Below are positions 61,545 to 64,000 of a stretch of 64,000 nucleotides of DNA, piece after piece; position 1 is the first letter of the stretch; every line of letters begins with the position of its first letter. The translations under genes were made by a program, and so were the position numbers. Origin of the DNA: Octopus sinensis (taxonomy: Eukaryota); the NCBI RefSeq assembly GCF_006345805.1, contig NW_021833421.1, forward strand, positions 1 to 64,000. Reading direction: 5' to 3'. The notes below the pieces were generated by a model. That model saw only the letters and a list, made by a program, of their open reading frames with translations, was not told where the DNA came from and did not search any database.

Positions 61545-62330
61545 TAGTAGTATTAGTACAGGCACAGCAAATCCATATATAACTCGGATGCCGTATTTCT
61601 CTTTAATCCTGCTGTAATATTCCTTGGTTATTCGATCCCTGTTATCAATTTCATCGAATGATAAATGTTCGCCTATTACCTGGTATCTGTAGCATTTCCT
61701 GTCATATACAAGCCATTCATAGAGATGTTACATTCATAGATTGTTTTACAATATTCTTGCAACATCTTTTTTCTGGCCAAACTCCATCTATACTTATTTG
61801 AGAATAATTGTAACGAGGTCAAAAGATTTCCTTTATATCATTCCTATAACGTTCAAGTCTGGAATAAACATTCAGGTATCCAATAAGAAGTGGAGGCACA
61901 TGGTCTAGTGGTTAGAGCAGCGGACTCGCGGTCGAGGGATCGCGGGTTCGAATCTCAGACCGGGCGGTGTGTGTGTTTATGAGCGAAACACCTAAGTTCC
62001 ACGTGGCTCCGGCAGAAGGTATTGACTAACTTCTGCTGACTCTTTCGCCACAACTTTCTTTCACTCTTTCCTCCTGCATCTTGCAGCTCACCTGCGACAG
62101 ACCGGCGCCCCGTCCAGGTGGAGAACCTATACGCCAAAGAAACCGGGAAACCGGCCCTTATGAGCCAGGCGTGGCTCGAGAAAGAACAAACAATCCAATA
62201 AGAAGCTGTCATAAGTTGGTGCTTCTGTTTTACTATGATCCAACGATAAACCCTTCAGTTTTTCTCAGCAAAAAGGTCAAAGAGATTCACTGCAAGCATA
62301 ACAAGTATCTCATAGAAACTACCTGTTTAA
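61545..62330 (-). pseudogene. Decayed R4/Dong-like non-LTR RT fragment split by SINE D
   Basis: Minus-strand motifs LCL..SLTFLLRKTEG, degenerate HLLF.DDL across the SINE TSD, MEFGQKK, YRYQVIGE, KEYYSRIK, FAVPVL...W; colinear with R4/Dong RT domains 4-7 and thumb. Confidence 0.65.
61891..62192 (+). mobile_element. SINE family D, full-length
   Basis: Perfect 13-bp TSD atccaataagaag (61878-61890, 62193-62205). Confidence 0.93.
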
Positions 62331-62559
62331 ACGTATTTCTATGTATGTTCTTCTCTTCCGCTTTTTGACTTAGAGTAAATTTTGACAGCAAGGTGTGAAA
62401 GAAAGCATCTGTTTTTTTTTAACCATCATCCCTTAAAACTTAAGGTCCGTCAGACTTTTAGAGTCCCAGATATCGAGATTATTTGAAATAAAGATTTGTG
62501 CGATCACAAGAATTTCTCCTCCATTTCTTCATTCACAAGAAATTCCCCTCCAATTTCTT

Positions 62560-62940
62560 CAATTTCCACTTTTCCCGTAACTCTAACCCTAAAAACCGCA
62601 ACCCTAACCCTAACTCTAAAACCCTAACCCTAAAACCCTAAAGCTAAAACCAGTACAAACGCTCGAACGATGTCATAAATAACAGCGACAAACCGCCGAT
62701 AGTTGCTGTTGACAAACAACAGCAGTAATTATATTCAGCTGAATACACGTCATTGATTGGTTGAAATTATCGAAATGCGACAACTTTAACACGAAATAAC
62801 TCTGAAAATAGAAACTTTTCTCAACAACACTAAGAGTAAAATATGTTTTATATGACATATTCTACCAGTGTCCGAAGTTTGAAAGTGCTTAGTTACAAAA
62901 AATTAATTTCTCGATCTGCCGTTGAAAAGGAAAAGATCCG
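62560..62940 (-). mobile_element. Variant of the telomeric-repeat TIR family
   Basis: Terminus ctgccgttgaaaaggaaaagatcc; reverse-complement homology to 17420-17585; degenerate (CCCTAA)n at ~62583-62642. Confidence 0.65.
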
Positions 62941-63552
62941 AAACGTGATATAATTTAGTGGACATCAGTCGGGGACAAAATGCACTTCTTGTTGATGTTA
63001 TCCTCTTTCTTCGGTTCCCGGGAAACATAACCACGGATTACACTTTGTTGGTATCCAGAGAGTTTATTTTTGCTCAATAACTGGTCACACGGGATATTTT
63101 AGAATAATGAAGTTTATTAAGAAGCATAGAATCGACTCATAAGATGTTGCTTACTTCAATTTTGATAATATCAAATGCTTTCATGCGGTATACTGGATAT
63201 TCATACTAGTTTTCTGAAAAAATCTACCAATATTCCCATTTCAGTGGAAGGTTTCAATATATTTTAGGTTAATACGTATTCTAACGTCAAAGAAACAGAT
63301 ATCTTCCATATTTCAGACAAATATTTCAATTATTTGCATCTGTAAGGTTTAATATTCTTATATTTCTTAAAGACGGATATAATACTTTTTTCTCTTGTCT
63401 TTTTGTCTTTGCTCCCCAGTCCCATTGTATGGTAACTTCGTCCGCTTCTAGCATTTGTAGCTTTTATTGCGGAGCTGTTGACTGTTTTTTCTGAGCCTTT
63501 TTGAAGATTGTAAAAATATTTTTTTTCTATTAGGTTATGATTCTATATTGTT

Positions 63553-63752
63553 GTGACCCGCTTCGGTCATGAATGACCACGGGATTGCACCTAGAAAGTT
63601 ACCCTCCGAGGCACAAGTCTGGGCAAGGTTGTTTATGGAAGATCAGCAGTCGCCCATGCATACCAGCCTCCCCTTTCCTAGCCACCGATGTTATCCAAGG
63701 GAAAAGTAAAGGCCGATACAGCTTGGCACCAGTGACGTTGCAGCTCATTTAT
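63553..63752 (-). mobile_element. SINE family F 3' part
   Basis: Matches 50640-50835. Confidence 0.88.
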
Positions 63753-64000
63753 TAACGTGTAAGTGGCTGAGCACTCCACAGACACGTGTACCTTTAACGT
63801 AGTCCTCGAGGGAGATCCAGCGTGACACAGAGTGTGACAGTACTGGCCCTTTGAAATACAGGTACATCAGAAACAGGAAGAAAGAGTGAGAGAAAGTTGT
63901 GGTGAAAGAGTACAGCAGGGTTTACCACCACCCTCTGCCGGAGCCTCGTGGAGCTTTAGGTGTTTTCGCTCAATAAACACTCATAACGCCCGGTCTGGGA
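63753..64000 (-). mobile_element. SINE family E, truncated by window end
   Basis: Reverse complement of ~24835-25085. Confidence 0.88.

Overview
Eukaryotic, AT-rich, non-coding-looking DNA (intronic or intergenic). It is dominated by very dense microsatellites ((TA)n, (CA)n, (TATG)n, (TCTA)n, (GA)n) and by several tRNA-derived SINE families in many copies. The repeat landscape resembles what I recall of octopod cephalopod (Octopus) genomes; this is an inference and was not database-checked. I found no intact host protein-coding gene, no true tRNA/rRNA and no CRISPR, and most supplied ORFs are microsatellite or SINE translations. Recognisable decayed transposon coding relics are a CR1/L2-like RT (5.2-5.6 kb), a hAT Charlie/Buster transposase (11.4-13.2 kb, minus), mariner pieces (14.4 kb and 53.0-53.6 kb), a Penelope-like RT/thumb (60.2-61.0 kb) and an R4/Dong-like RT (61.5-62.3 kb, minus). 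The most interesting layer is a set of small (TA)n-associated elements carrying minimal type-I hammerhead ribozyme motifs. One has a complete canonical core (31195-31237) inside a ~100-bp foldback. A six-copy family has an A6-to-U variant core. Two further inverted or tandem structures have Penelope-like architecture. Also notable are SINE-A arrays joined at one fixed internal site, TIR elements carrying telomeric (CCCTAA)n with 8-9 bp TSDs, modular head/tail exchange among SINE families, and a ~47-bp hairpin whose substitutions all give G-U pairs on one strand. All alignments and coordinates were made by eye and are approximate at degenerate ends.
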